64,000 nucleotides of DNA, from positions 320,001 through 384,000 of the forward strand of contig JAVJQW010000050.1 in the NCBI GenBank assembly GCA_040218735.1, written 5' to 3'. The stretch is from Deltaproteobacteria bacterium (GTDB lineage: Bacteria > Myxococcota > Kuafuiibacteriia > Kuafuiibacteriales > Kuafuiibacteriaceae). The notes under the pieces were generated by a model. The model was given only the letters and a program-made list of their open reading frames with translations. It was not told where the DNA came from and made no database searches. Of this stretch, positions 37,336-47,370 are shown piece by piece; position 1 is the first letter of the stretch, and each line of letters begins with the position of its first letter. The translations under genes were made by a program, and so were the position numbers.

Positions 37336-38604
37336 TTACTTCTTGTCCTTCACGAGGCCCAGGCGCTCCAGGTAGCGCTCGGCGAGCTGCGTCTGCCGAC
37401 TGGCGGTCGGCTGGACCTCGCCGCGGATGACGATGGTCTCGGCGTACGACGACGGCTCGAAGGGGTCCCCCGTCCAGACGACGAGGTTGGCGATCTTGCC
37501 GCGGTCGATGGAGCCGTAACTGCGCGAGACGCCGTAGATTTCGGCCGGGCTGAGCGTCGTGGCCCGCAGGGCGACCTCCCGCACGAGCCCCGCGCGCACC
37601 GCGTTACCCGCGTAGAACCGCAGGTTGCCGGCGTTGTGGCTGCTGTTCGTGGCCAGGGCGATCTTCACCCCGGCGCGGGCCAAAAGCGCGGCGTTGTCGG
37701 CCCGGGCGTTCCGACTGGCGAAGGACTGGGGGATGTTGTCGAACGGGTCGAGGATCACCGGGATCCGCGCCGCGGCGAGGTCGTCGGCGACCCGCCAGGC
37801 CTCCTCCCCGCCCACGACCACGACCTTGATCCGCTCTGCCTTCGCGAGCGCGATCAGCGCCGCGATGTCCGAAGCCCGCGACGCGTGCACGACCAGCGGC
37901 ACCCGCCCGGCCACGACGTCGCCGAGCGCTTCGAGGTCGAGGCGGCTCGAGGACAGCGGGTAGAGGCCACGCCGCAGGAAGGCGGTCTTGCTGCGGCGGT
38001 AGTTGCGCGCGTCGTCGAGGGCCTCCCTCAGACGCATCATCGCCGAGGCCCGCGAGCCGCCGTAGGCGCCCGCGCCGTACTCACCGATCGCCCCGTGCAG
38101 CGCACCCGCGTCCACGACGGCGTCGTCGAAGCGGCGCGACGCGGGCGCGACCAGATCCAGGAACGCCGAGCGTCCGGAGACGATGCCCCCGCGCGGCGCG
38201 CTGATCGCGTTCGTCACCCCGTGGCGGCGGGCCACGCCGACGAGCGTGGACCTCAGATCGATCGCGTCCGACGCGCGCACCGCCGCACGGATCGCGTCCT
38301 TCAGGTTCGGCGCGAAGTCGACGGTCGACGCCTCCAGCCCGACCTCGACCAACCCGATCGAGGAGTTCGACTCGATGAGCCCCGGCGTGACCGGTTTGCC
38401 CTTCGCGTCGATGACCCGATAACCCTCCGGCACCGCGAGGTCCTTGCCGACCTGCGTGATGCGGTCGTTCCGGATGATGATCGTCCCCGCCGGGATCATC
38501 GCCCCGCTCACGGTGTAGACGTCGCCCCCCACGATCGCGAGGTCGTCGGCGTACGCCGCGCTCGGGATCGAGAGCGCAAGACAGATTGCGAGCGTCCGGT
38601 TCAT
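37336..38604 (-). CDS. Exported amidohydrolase-family protein lacking the HxH metal motif
   Basis: Signal peptide; IDAKGKPVTPGLIESNSSIG (HxH lost); GSIDRGKIANLVVWTGDPF. Confidence 0.85.
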   Translation of the reverse strand: MNRTLAICLALSIPSAAYADDLAIVGGDVYTVSGAMIPAGTIIIRNDRITQVGKDLAVPEGYRVIDAKGKPVTPGLIESNSSIGLVEVGLEASTVDFAPNLKDAIRAAVRASDAIDLRSTLVGVARRHGVTNAISAPRGGIVSGRSAFLDLVAPASRRFDDAVVDAGALHGAIGEYGAGAYGGSRASAMMRLREALDDARNYRRSKTAFLRRGLYPLSSSRLDLEALGDVVAGRVPLVVHASRASDIAALIALAKAERIKVVVVGGEEAWRVADDLAAARIPVILDPFDNIPQSFASRNARADNAALLARAGVKIALATNSSHNAGNLRFYAGNAVRAGLVREVALRATTLSPAEIYGVSRSYGSIDRGKIANLVVWTGDPFEPSSYAETIVIRGEVQPTASRQTQLAERYLERLGLVKDKK

Positions 38605-40097
38605 GGCCGCACCTCCTCGGAGGCGGTGCCGACTTCGAAGTCACTCCAAGCCTCCGGCTTCTTCGCGCGATCGAAGACGCGCTCACCGTCGATGAACACG
38701 AGCTCCGCCTGGCTGTAGATGGACAGCGGGTCTTTGTCCCAGACGACGACGTCCGCCATCATCCCGCTCTTCAGCGTGCCGGTCTTGTCGTCCACGCCGA
38801 GCGCCTTCGCGGGGTTGCTGGTGACCCAGCGAATCGCGTCGGCGTCCTCGATCTCGAGCCCCGCGCGGCGCCCCGAAGCGAGCGCCTTGGAGGCCTCCTG
38901 GTTGAGGCGCTGGATCCCGATGTTGCTGTCCGAGTGCACGATCGCGTTGCCGCCCGCGGCGTGCACCATCGCGATGTTCTCCTCGACGCCGTCGTAGGCT
39001 TCGAGCTTGAAGCCCCACCAGTCGGCCCACATCGAGGCGCCCACGCCCTCCTTCGCGAGGACGTCGGCGATCTTGTACGCCTCGACCGCGTGGTGGAACG
39101 AGCTGACCTTGAAGCCCAGCTCCTTGCCGAGGGCGATCATCTGGATCATCTCGTCCGCGCGGTAGCAGTGGATGTGGACCTTGATCTTGCCGTCCATCAC
39201 GTCCGCGAGCGTCTCGTGTCCGAGGTTGCGCGACGGGCGGCGCGGCTCCTTACCGGGCGCGGGCTCGCTGTCGTCGGCCTGGTAGGCGTCGTACTTCTTC
39301 TTCCACTCGGCGTACTCCGCCTCGTACGCGTCCTGGTCGAACTTGTACTCCCGCGCCTGGATGAACGCGTTGCGCAGCTTGAAGATGCTGCCCATACGCG
39401 ACATCGGCTGCGACTTCTTCATCTGTCCGTAGACGCGCTTCGGGTTCTCGCCGCACGCCATCTTCAAGCCGAACGGCGCGCCGTCGAACCGCATCGCGCG
39501 CGCTTCGAGCCGCGGCCTCAGCTTCAGGGTCGCCGCGCGCCCGCCGATCACGTTGCCGCTGCCGGGGAGCACCTGGATGGTCGTGACCCCGCCGGCGACC
39601 GCGTGTTGGATCGCCGGGTCCTGCGGCCAGAACGCGTGCTCGCTGAAGACGTACGGCGTCGTCGGGTCCGTCATCTCGTTGCCGTCCGCCGTCGCGCCGA
39701 CGTGCGGCACGGCGTACACCCCCATGTGTGAGTGGGTGTCGATCAGGCCGGGCGTCACGAACTTGCCCGCCGCGTCGACGACGAGCGCGCCCTTCGGCAC
39801 CTTCACGCCCTTCCCCACCGCGGTGATCTTTCCGTTGGAGAACACGACGGTGCCGTCCTCGATCTTCTTGCCGTCGCCCGTGAACACCGTGCCCCCGGTG
39901 ATCGCGACGACCCCGGCCGGCTTGGGGCGCGCGGGCAGCACCGCCTCGTACGGGCTCCGTGGCGACCGGTCGCCGAGCTGCGGGAGCACCGTCTTGTCCT
40001 GGTCCTTGTCGGGCTGCGCCGTCACCGCCGTCGGTTGGCTCGCACACCCGAACACGAGGAAGCCGGCGAACACGCCGGCGATTCGAGCTCGATTCAC
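38601..40097 (-). CDS. Amidohydrolase-family lipoprotein
   Basis: VFGC lipobox; TPGLIDTHSH, KMACGENPK, HIHCY, FHHAVE and HSD motifs. Confidence 0.92.
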   Translation of the reverse strand: MNRARIAGVFAGFLVFGCASQPTAVTAQPDKDQDKTVLPQLGDRSPRSPYEAVLPARPKPAGVVAITGGTVFTGDGKKIEDGTVVFSNGKITAVGKGVKVPKGALVVDAAGKFVTPGLIDTHSHMGVYAVPHVGATADGNEMTDPTTPYVFSEHAFWPQDPAIQHAVAGGVTTIQVLPGSGNVIGGRAATLKLRPRLEARAMRFDGAPFGLKMACGENPKRVYGQMKKSQPMSRMGSIFKLRNAFIQAREYKFDQDAYEAEYAEWKKKYDAYQADDSEPAPGKEPRRPSRNLGHETLADVMDGKIKVHIHCYRADEMIQMIALGKELGFKVSSFHHAVEAYKIADVLAKEGVGASMWADWWGFKLEAYDGVEENIAMVHAAGGNAIVHSDSNIGIQRLNQEASKALASGRRAGLEIEDADAIRWVTSNPAKALGVDDKTGTLKSGMMADVVVWDKDPLSIYSQAELVFIDGERVFDRAKKPEAWSDFEVGTASEEVRP

Positions 40098-40143
40098 GGC
40101 CGCGGACCGTAGCAGGTCGCCGATTTTTTTTCGGGGGATTTCG

Positions 40144-40175
40144 GCGCAACGCCCAAGGCCTTTCGCCGATAACGA
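40144..40175 (+). promoter_or_regulatory. Putative sigma28 (FliA/WhiG)-like promoter, copy 2
   Basis: GCGCAAC-N14-GCCGATAACGA, containing a perfect GCCGATAA -10 box. Confidence 0.65.
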
Positions 40176-40183
40176 CGGAAGGC

Positions 40184-40408
40184 ATGAATGGCGCGATCAA
40201 CACCTTCCTGGACCGAGCCCAACAGGTCGGCGGTGACATTCACCAGCGCGCGGTCAACGCGTTCGCGGGCCCCGGCGCGGTCGACGCCAACATCCAGGGC
40301 CTGAAGGACGGCGTCGTGAAGCGCGTGCAGAGCTTCGGCGCCGCGATCGGCATCGACGCCCACCGACAGAAGTCCATCGAGGACATGATCAAGTCGCTCG
40401 GCAAGTGA
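40184..40408 (+). CDS. Small hypothetical protein (74 aa)
   Basis: GGAAGG before ATG 40184; amphipathic helical sequence; GTGA overlap with the next gene. Confidence 0.7.
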   Translation: MNGAINTFLDRAQQVGGDIHQRAVNAFAGPGAVDANIQGLKDGVVKRVQSFGAAIGIDAHRQKSIEDMIKSLGK

Positions 40409-40860
40409 GCGGCGCGCCCCACCCCTGGCTGGCGGGGCTCCTCCTCCGCAAAAACGACGACGGCACGCTGAAGTTCACGACCGAGCAGGTCGAGGACTTC
40501 TTCGGCGCGATCTTCCTGATCCGCGGCTTCGCAGCCGGGGAGCTCGAGCCCTCCGTCGAAAACGCCGTGCTCGCCCTCGCGACGCGCGCCGCGCTCGACC
40601 CGAACGACACGCCCGAGGCGCGCGGGCAGAAGCTCAACACCTACTTCGAAGCGCACCCCATCCCGCCCGAGCTGTCCGTCGACTTCACGCAGCTGCTCCA
40701 GGAGGAGATCGTCCAAGACGGCACGGCCGAGGAGGCGCGCGCGTTCCTGGAGCTCATCGACGCAGCGCCCACGAAGTTCGAAAATCGCGAGCGCAAGGCC
40801 GGCACACACCCGGGCGGCGCGCTCGGCTTCTTCATGGCGAAGAAGGACCTGAAGAAGTAG
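40405..40860 (+). CDS. Hypothetical acidic helical protein (151 aa)
   Basis: Translationally coupled to the upstream ORF; coding-like codon bias. Confidence 0.8.
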   Translation: MSGAPHPWLAGLLLRKNDDGTLKFTTEQVEDFFGAIFLIRGFAAGELEPSVENAVLALATRAALDPNDTPEARGQKLNTYFEAHPIPPELSVDFTQLLQEEIVQDGTAEEARAFLELIDAAPTKFENRERKAGTHPGGALGFFMAKKDLKK

Positions 40861-40863
40861 CGC

Positions 40864-42228
40864 TCACTTCATCGCGGCCATGACGGCCTCGGCGTTCAGC
40901 TCGATCTTGGTCTTCTTGCCCTTGTCCGCGAGGATCTTCTTCGCGATCACCTCGGACGCCGGCCGCAGCACCGAGAAGTGATCGGTCTTCGGCACGAGGA
41001 ACGGGAACACGTTGTCCGGCGCGTACTGGAGCAGCTCCAGCACCGCGCGCCGGTTGCCGTTGGCGCCTTCGATGATCCACGTCGGCGACTTCACGTGCTC
41101 GATGAACTCGATCGGCGCGCGCACGTACGCCTCCTTCGCGGGCATCGCCTTCTTCTGCCCGCAGATGGGGCCATAGTCCGCCGCGTTGGCGATCGGCCCG
41201 AACGCGAACACCCCGCGGAACATGTCGGACTTCGCCGCGGTGAGGAGCGCGAGCGTCCCGCCGGTGCTGTGGCCGCCGAGGTAGATGCGGTTCGGGTCGA
41301 CGTCGGAGCGCTTCGCGAGCCACTTCGCCGCGGCGATGATGTCGTCGACCTCCCCGAGCATGCACTCGCTCTTGCCCGGGTTGTCGTGCGCGCCGCGCAG
41401 CGCCGGACGCATCAGCGTCACGCCCGCCTCGCGGAACGCCGCCGCGCTCTGATCGTTGTCGCGCGTCGAAGGCAGCCACGCGTCCGGCCCGATGCCCCAG
41501 TAGAAGCCGCCCGCGATCCACACGATCGCCGGTCCCTTCTTCGCCTTCTTCGGCGTCACGTACGCGACGTTCTTCCCGAGCGGCGCGGGGTACCGCACCA
41601 TCTCGAGCACCCCGCGCGGAGGGGTCGCCGCGCTCTTCCCATCCGTGGGCCCGAACACCTTGGTGCGGAAGCCCTTGCGCGCCTTCGCCATCGTCGGCGC
41701 CTTGCCCGGTGGCGTCTTGCGCAACTTGCCTTGCAGCCCGTCGATCTCCACCTGCAGGCGATCGACCGCGATCATGTTCGCCTCGGTGTCCGGATCGACC
41801 TTCAGCATCGTCTCGTAGACGAGGCCCTGCAGCGCGTCGTACGCGGCCGCGAGGCCGGAGTGTTTCTCCATGGCCTTCGCTTCGAACTCCGCGAGCTCTT
41901 CCGTGAGCGGACGAAGCTCCTTCGCGATGAGCTTCATCGTCTGCACGTCCTGCTTCTTCATCGCCCGCCGCATCCGGTCCTTCAGCTTGGTCGACCGCGC
42001 GAGCTTCTTGTCCAGCTCCGGGTGCGCCTCGAGGATGGCGGTGTTCACGAGCTTGCCGAACCGCTCGCTCGCGTCGAGCACGACGTCGTCGCGCATCGCC
42101 CGCGCCTGCGTCTGCATGATCTGCTGCTGGAGGGCCTGGATCTTCGTCTGTCGCAGCTCGATCTCGGACAGGCCGTAGGCGACGGCCGGCGCGAGGACGA
42201 GGAGCGTGACGAGCACGGGACGCTTCAC
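40864..42228 (-). CDS. Exported alpha/beta hydrolase (S9-like) with N-terminal helical domain
   Basis: Signal peptide; VDPNRIYLGGHSTGG nucleophile elbow; DHFS His motif. Confidence 0.88.
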   Translation of the reverse strand: MKRPVLVTLLVLAPAVAYGLSEIELRQTKIQALQQQIMQTQARAMRDDVVLDASERFGKLVNTAILEAHPELDKKLARSTKLKDRMRRAMKKQDVQTMKLIAKELRPLTEELAEFEAKAMEKHSGLAAAYDALQGLVYETMLKVDPDTEANMIAVDRLQVEIDGLQGKLRKTPPGKAPTMAKARKGFRTKVFGPTDGKSAATPPRGVLEMVRYPAPLGKNVAYVTPKKAKKGPAIVWIAGGFYWGIGPDAWLPSTRDNDQSAAAFREAGVTLMRPALRGAHDNPGKSECMLGEVDDIIAAAKWLAKRSDVDPNRIYLGGHSTGGTLALLTAAKSDMFRGVFAFGPIANAADYGPICGQKKAMPAKEAYVRAPIEFIEHVKSPTWIIEGANGNRRAVLELLQYAPDNVFPFLVPKTDHFSVLRPASEVIAKKILADKGKKTKIELNAEAVMAAMK

Positions 42229-42270
42229 GGGCGCGGAGTGAACCGCCGTTGGGACGACCCCGGCAAGGGA

Positions 42271-43518
42271 TTATGCGCGGCGGATCAGACCATCCAGCCG
42301 GTCGAGGCCCCGCACGAGCTGTTCCTCCGCAGGACCGAAAGACAGACGCACGTACGGATTCAGTCGCGACGGGATGTGTCCGCGTCGCTGGCCCGGGTCC
42401 ACGTCGAAGAACTTGCCGGGCACCACGATCACCTTCTCGTCGAGCGCGGCGCGGAAGAACGCCATCCCGTCGCGCAGCGGCTCGGGGAGATCGGCGAGCC
42501 CGGCGAAGACGTAGAACGCCCCCATCGGCTGCACGTCGACCGAGAGCCCCATGTCGCGGAGGCGGTCGAGCATCATCCGACGCTTCGCGCCGAACCGCGC
42601 CTGAATCGCGCGCGCCTCGCGGTCGGCGACGTCGCGATCGATCAACGACAGCGCCGCGCGCTGAATCGGGTGCGAAGGCCCGCCGTCGAGGAACGAACCG
42701 GCGGACGTGACCCCCGCGATGACCTCCTTCGGCCCGACCGTCCACGACAGTCGCCACCCCGGGTAGCGCCAGTTCTTCGTGACGCCGTCGACGATCACCA
42801 CCGGGTCGCGATCGACGTCTTCCACGTAACGCGCGGCGGAGAGCGAAGGCCCATCGGCGCGCTCCGCCTCGTCGTAAAGGTAGTGCGCGTAGAACTCGTC
42901 GATCACCAACGTACACGCGAGCTCTCGACACGCGTCGACCCACGCGCGCAGCGCACCGCCGCGCAGCGCGTGGCCCGTCGGGTTGCTCGGGTTGGAGAGC
43001 AGCAGCGCGCCGAGCCCCTTGCCGGTGATCTCGCGCTTCAACGCGTCCGGCCCGAGCGCGAAGCCGTCCGCCGAGTCCAACACGATCGGGATCGGCACGA
43101 ACGCCCGGAAGATCTCGAGCAGCTCTTCGTACGCCGTGTAGTCCGGGAGGAAGTGCCCGAGGTGAACCGGCCCGAGCGCCGCCGCGAGCCGCGTCAACGC
43201 GAGCCGCCCGCCGCCGCAGATCGCGACGTTCTCCGCCGAGTACTGCGAAGGCAGCCCCTGGCGGTAACGCGCGTTGTACAGCTGCGCCACGGCGTCGCGC
43301 AGCTCGACCATCCCGCCGACCGGCGCGTACTCGTGCGTCGCGTCGTCGAGGTCGACCGAGGTCACGCGCGGCGGCGCACCTTCGAGGGTCCCGGTCTCCG
43401 GTGCGCCCTGTCCGAGGTTGGCCCAGTCGGGGTCGCCGTACGAGAAGCCGCGCTGCTGCGCCTCCGTCATCACGTAGATCACGCCGGTGCGCGGGACGGG
43501 ACGAAACGGCGACGTCAT
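42271..43518 (-). CDS. PLP-dependent aminotransferase class I/II
   Basis: NLGQGAPE, SNPSNPTG, DEFY and TKNWRYPGWR motifs. ATG 43518 with GGAG RBS. Confidence 0.93.
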   Translation of the reverse strand: MTSPFRPVPRTGVIYVMTEAQQRGFSYGDPDWANLGQGAPETGTLEGAPPRVTSVDLDDATHEYAPVGGMVELRDAVAQLYNARYRQGLPSQYSAENVAICGGGRLALTRLAAALGPVHLGHFLPDYTAYEELLEIFRAFVPIPIVLDSADGFALGPDALKREITGKGLGALLLSNPSNPTGHALRGGALRAWVDACRELACTLVIDEFYAHYLYDEAERADGPSLSAARYVEDVDRDPVVIVDGVTKNWRYPGWRLSWTVGPKEVIAGVTSAGSFLDGGPSHPIQRAALSLIDRDVADREARAIQARFGAKRRMMLDRLRDMGLSVDVQPMGAFYVFAGLADLPEPLRDGMAFFRAALDEKVIVVPGKFFDVDPGQRRGHIPSRLNPYVRLSFGPAEEQLVRGLDRLDGLIRRA

Positions 43519-43553
43519 GGCTCCTGCTACCGCTCGCCCAAGAGGCGCGCAAG

Positions 43554-45788
43554 TCACTCCAGGTCTTCGAGGCGCGTGAGGATCGACGGGCGCGACTTCA
43601 TCAGCTCGTCGACGATCGACTCGCGCGAGCGCCCCGCGGTGGGCGACCACTGCGCCTCGTCGTCGAGGAACGGCCACAGGTCCGCGCGGAGATCCTCGGG
43701 CAACACGCTGTCGAGGTACTCGAGCGCCGTGCCGCGGATCTCCTGGTCGGCGTCGGTCAGCCCGGCGAACGCCACCTCCAGCGGCTCGCGGGGGAGCACG
43801 AGCGACAGCAGCCGGAAGACGTGCTCCATGCTCCGGTTCGCGCGGTCCTCGAGGATGCGGTCGGTGAGATCCGCCTCCCCCTCCGGGCGCTCGTCGATCA
43901 CCCGCTGGCTCGCCCAGACCTCCTTGCCGAGCGACGCCTCGTGCCGCACCGCCGCGATCACCCGCGCCGGCTCCACGGCCATCCCCGCCTTGGACAGCCG
44001 GCTCAGCGCACGGCCGACCTGGTAGCGCACTTCGAAGCGCGGATCCGCGAGGGCGTCGAGGAGGCAGCGCGCCGCGCGCGGATCCTTGGCGGCGGCGAGC
44101 ACCCGCGGGAGCCGGCGACGAATCGTGAAGTCGGTCTCGGGATCGAGAAGCGCCTTCGCGTGCACGTCGAGGTCGCGGTCGACGGTGCGGCAGAGCGCCT
44201 TCAGCGCCTGCGGCAACACGTCGTCCCACGCCAGCAGCTCCGTCACGCGTTCGATCAACGGCTCCTCGAGCGTGCTCGACTTCAGGGCCGCCTTGACCTG
44301 CTGCGCGTCCCGCGAGCTGAACATCTCGGCGCGCGCCTGCACCGGGTCGATCGTCACGACGTCCGGCGCGAGCGTGCGCGCGAGGGTGCCGAGGCGCGAC
44401 GCGCCGATGTCCATCGACAGCGACAGCCCGGCCAGGAGCTGCTCCGGCTCGCGCGGATAGAAGGTGCCCTGCTCGCGGTCGAAGATCAGGTGCTCCGTCC
44501 GCTGCATCACGCGCGCGAGCGCCTGCGTGCGCGGGCCGGCGGCGGCCTGGGCGACGTTCGGCCCCAGCGCGACGAGGCTGCGTTCGAGCGCATCGACGTA
44601 GCCGCGCTGCAGGCGAATCGCGACGACGAGCGCGACGGCCGCCATCACCGCCACCACGATCAACAACACGTGCTCCGCGCGCGTCGCGACGAGCGCCAGC
44701 ACCACCGAGATTACGGCGCCACCCACGGCGTCGCCGAGGCGATCACACAACACGTCGATGATCGACTTCGTCGCGCGCTTCACGGCCGGGGGGATCGGTG
44801 TGTAGAGCAGCTCGTACGCGGAGCGGTAGAGCGACGTGCGCGTCACGCGGTCCGCCGCGCGCGCGACGGCGGCGCCGACCAGGCTCGGGAACACCATCGC
44901 GACCGCGGTCCCGGCGATGACGAACGCCGGGAGCATCGCGGCCGTCTTCCCGAGCCCGAGTTTGTCGAGGGCCTTCGCGCTCGCGGTGCTCTGCACCACG
45001 AACGACACGAACCCGAGCCCCGCGTAGTACGCCGCGAAGAACCGCATCAGGTCCTCGCCGCTCGCGTACGCTTCGGAGGCGCGCGACTTCAGCACGTAGT
45101 CGAGGAGCGTCGCGGAGACCGTCACGAGCAGGACGAGCAGCGCGATCTGCTTGAGGTAATTCGACGCCATCAACACCGCGAGCCCCGAGGGCGCCGCCTC
45201 CTCGGACTTCGCGGGCGGCGGGCGGCGGTCGCCCTCCACGCCCCGCACGAGGTAGGCGCAGAGCAGGTGCAGCGCCGCGAGGACGAAGAACATCGTCTCC
45301 AGGTCCGCAAACGCGCCGACGCGCTCCGCGCACAGGCCGCCCGCGACCGCGCCGAGCGTGCCGCCGGAGGCGATGCGCCCGATCAGCTTCTTCGCGCTCC
45401 GCGGATCGAAGCGCTCGTTGACGAGCGACCAGAAACCCGACGTCAACACGGAGCCGAACGCGATGGTGTGGAGATAGAAGACGACCGACGCGATGTGCGG
45501 CGCGCGGCGCGCGATCGCCCACTCCCCGATGAGCGCCGCCGCCGACAGCACGAACGCCGCGGGCACGAACCGCGCGGGCGACAGCTTCACCAACAGACGC
45601 GACGTCGCGAACACGACGATCACCGAGAACACCGCGGCGACCACCACCATCCGCGGGAGGTCCGTCACGTCGAAGCTCGACAAAAACAGCGCGTCGCGCG
45701 TCGCGTTCGCCGCGACCTGGTGGGCGAGGAGTGACCCCGCGCAGAGCGTCGCCGCGAACGCCGCGGCCCGGTGATCACGCGCGACCAC
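43554..45788 (-). CDS. Npt1/Npt2 (TLC)-like MFS transporter fused to HEAT repeats
   Basis: RDALFLS, FWSLVNERFDPRSAKKL and YELLYTPIP...K..ID....RLGD motifs; C-terminal LADPRFEVR and IRGTALEYLD HEAT-like repeats. Confidence 0.85.
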   Translation of the reverse strand: MVARDHRAAAFAATLCAGSLLAHQVAANATRDALFLSSFDVTDLPRMVVVAAVFSVIVVFATSRLLVKLSPARFVPAAFVLSAAALIGEWAIARRAPHIASVVFYLHTIAFGSVLTSGFWSLVNERFDPRSAKKLIGRIASGGTLGAVAGGLCAERVGAFADLETMFFVLAALHLLCAYLVRGVEGDRRPPPAKSEEAAPSGLAVLMASNYLKQIALLVLLVTVSATLLDYVLKSRASEAYASGEDLMRFFAAYYAGLGFVSFVVQSTASAKALDKLGLGKTAAMLPAFVIAGTAVAMVFPSLVGAAVARAADRVTRTSLYRSAYELLYTPIPPAVKRATKSIIDVLCDRLGDAVGGAVISVVLALVATRAEHVLLIVVAVMAAVALVVAIRLQRGYVDALERSLVALGPNVAQAAAGPRTQALARVMQRTEHLIFDREQGTFYPREPEQLLAGLSLSMDIGASRLGTLARTLAPDVVTIDPVQARAEMFSSRDAQQVKAALKSSTLEEPLIERVTELLAWDDVLPQALKALCRTVDRDLDVHAKALLDPETDFTIRRRLPRVLAAAKDPRAARCLLDALADPRFEVRYQVGRALSRLSKAGMAVEPARVIAAVRHEASLGKEVWASQRVIDERPEGEADLTDRILEDRANRSMEHVFRLLSLVLPREPLEVAFAGLTDADQEIRGTALEYLDSVLPEDLRADLWPFLDDEAQWSPTAGRSRESIVDELMKSRPSILTRLEDLE

Positions 45789-47321
45789 TCAGCCCTCCCC
45801 CAGGTCGAGATCCGGCGCGTGCAGGTGCCACCACGCGGCGGCCTTCGCCGACGTCCACGCCGGCTCGATCGTCAGCGCCGCGAGCGAAGCCTCCAGCGCA
45901 CCCGCCGTCTGCGGGCGCCGGTCGGGGTGTTTCTCGAGGCAGTCGAGGACGAGCTGTTCGAGGTCCTCGGGGATCGGCATCTCCGTGCGCTGCGACGGCG
46001 GCACCGGCTGCGTCTGGACGTGGTCCGCGAGCACGCGCATCGGCGACTTCGACTCGAAGACCGTGCGCCCGGTGAGCATCCAGTACGCGACGCACCCCAG
46101 GCCGTAGATGTCGGCGCGTGCGTCGAGCTCGGCGCCGCTCGCGGTCTCCGGCGCCATGTACGCGGGCGTGCCGCTGGTCAGGCCTTCGTTCGTGAGGCGC
46201 GTCAGCTGCTCCTGCGCGCTCTCGCTGGAGATTACGAGGCCGAAGTCGAGGACCTTCGCGAAGTCACCGTGCAGCGCGTCCCGGCAGACGAAGATGTTCG
46301 CGGGTTTGATGTCGCGGTGGACGAGCCCGGCTTCGTGCGCCTCGGCGAGCGCGGAGCAGACCTGCCGCAAGATGATCACCGCGCGCGCCGCGGGGAGCGG
46401 ACCGTCGCGGCGCACCATGCGCTCGAGGTCGAGCCCCTCGAGCAGCTCCATCACGTAGTAGAACGCACCCGAGCGCGCGTAGCCGAAGTCGAACAGCGAC
46501 ACGGTGTGCGGCGAGGACAGCTTGGAGATCGACTTCGCCTCGCGCTCGAAGCGGCGGAAGACGACGTACGGGTCCTCGCCGATCTGTTTGCTCACCACCT
46601 CCGGGTTCACGAACTTCACGGCCGCGGGTCGCCCCATCATCGCGTGGTTGCCGAGCCAGACCTCGCCCATTCCGCCCTTCCCGAGGCGGCGCACGAGGCG
46701 ATAACTCCCCATGGTGCGGCCTTCGTCGACGTCCTTGTTCGCGCGATCGAGGATCCGCGCGAGGGCGTACGCGACGCCGGCGCAGAGGAACACGGGGAGG
46801 ATCAGCGCGCTGATCGTCTCCGGCCGCGGCACCGGGTTGCCCTTGAGGATCGTCAGGTACAGCGCGAGCGGCGCCATCACCGCGGAGAGCATCGACGCGA
46901 CGAGCGTGCGCATCGGGGAGCTCGCGATCGTCATGGGGAACGTCACGAGCACCACGCAGATCCACGAGACCCCGCGCACCGTCGCGTCCTCGGGCCACGG
47001 GTACCAGTGCTCGGCGATCGCGATCGACAGCGAGGCGAGCACCTGAAACGCCATCGCCAAGGTCGCGAGGCGGCGCGGTTGATCCCGGAGCGAGCGTGTC
47101 GCGATCAGGATGCCGATCGCGCCGAGCACCGCGACGCCGAAGCTCATGTCGAGGATCGGGAAGGTCCCCTCGGGCACGTCGGGCGCGGCGAGCCACGACA
47201 GGAAGAACGCCACGACGAAGACCAGGCTCACGATGGCGAGGCGATCCGCCGACTCCGTGAGGAGATCGAACGGACGAGGCGGCGCCGAAGCGTTCGCCGC
47301 CAGCTCGCGGTGGTCGGTCAA
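45789..47321 (-). CDS. Membrane-bound Ser/Thr protein kinase
   Basis: N-terminal TM helices; LGKGGMGEVW, AAVK, HRDIKPAN, DFG and GTPAYMAPE motifs. Confidence 0.95.
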   Translation of the reverse strand: MTDHRELAANASAPPRPFDLLTESADRLAIVSLVFVVAFFLSWLAAPDVPEGTFPILDMSFGVAVLGAIGILIATRSLRDQPRRLATLAMAFQVLASLSIAIAEHWYPWPEDATVRGVSWICVVLVTFPMTIASSPMRTLVASMLSAVMAPLALYLTILKGNPVPRPETISALILPVFLCAGVAYALARILDRANKDVDEGRTMGSYRLVRRLGKGGMGEVWLGNHAMMGRPAAVKFVNPEVVSKQIGEDPYVVFRRFEREAKSISKLSSPHTVSLFDFGYARSGAFYYVMELLEGLDLERMVRRDGPLPAARAVIILRQVCSALAEAHEAGLVHRDIKPANIFVCRDALHGDFAKVLDFGLVISSESAQEQLTRLTNEGLTSGTPAYMAPETASGAELDARADIYGLGCVAYWMLTGRTVFESKSPMRVLADHVQTQPVPPSQRTEMPIPEDLEQLVLDCLEKHPDRRPQTAGALEASLAALTIEPAWTSAKAAAWWHLHAPDLDLGEG

Positions 47322-47370
47322 CAGCCGCGGACTGTATCAGGGCTTACGTTTTCGTGTTCGACTCTCGAAC

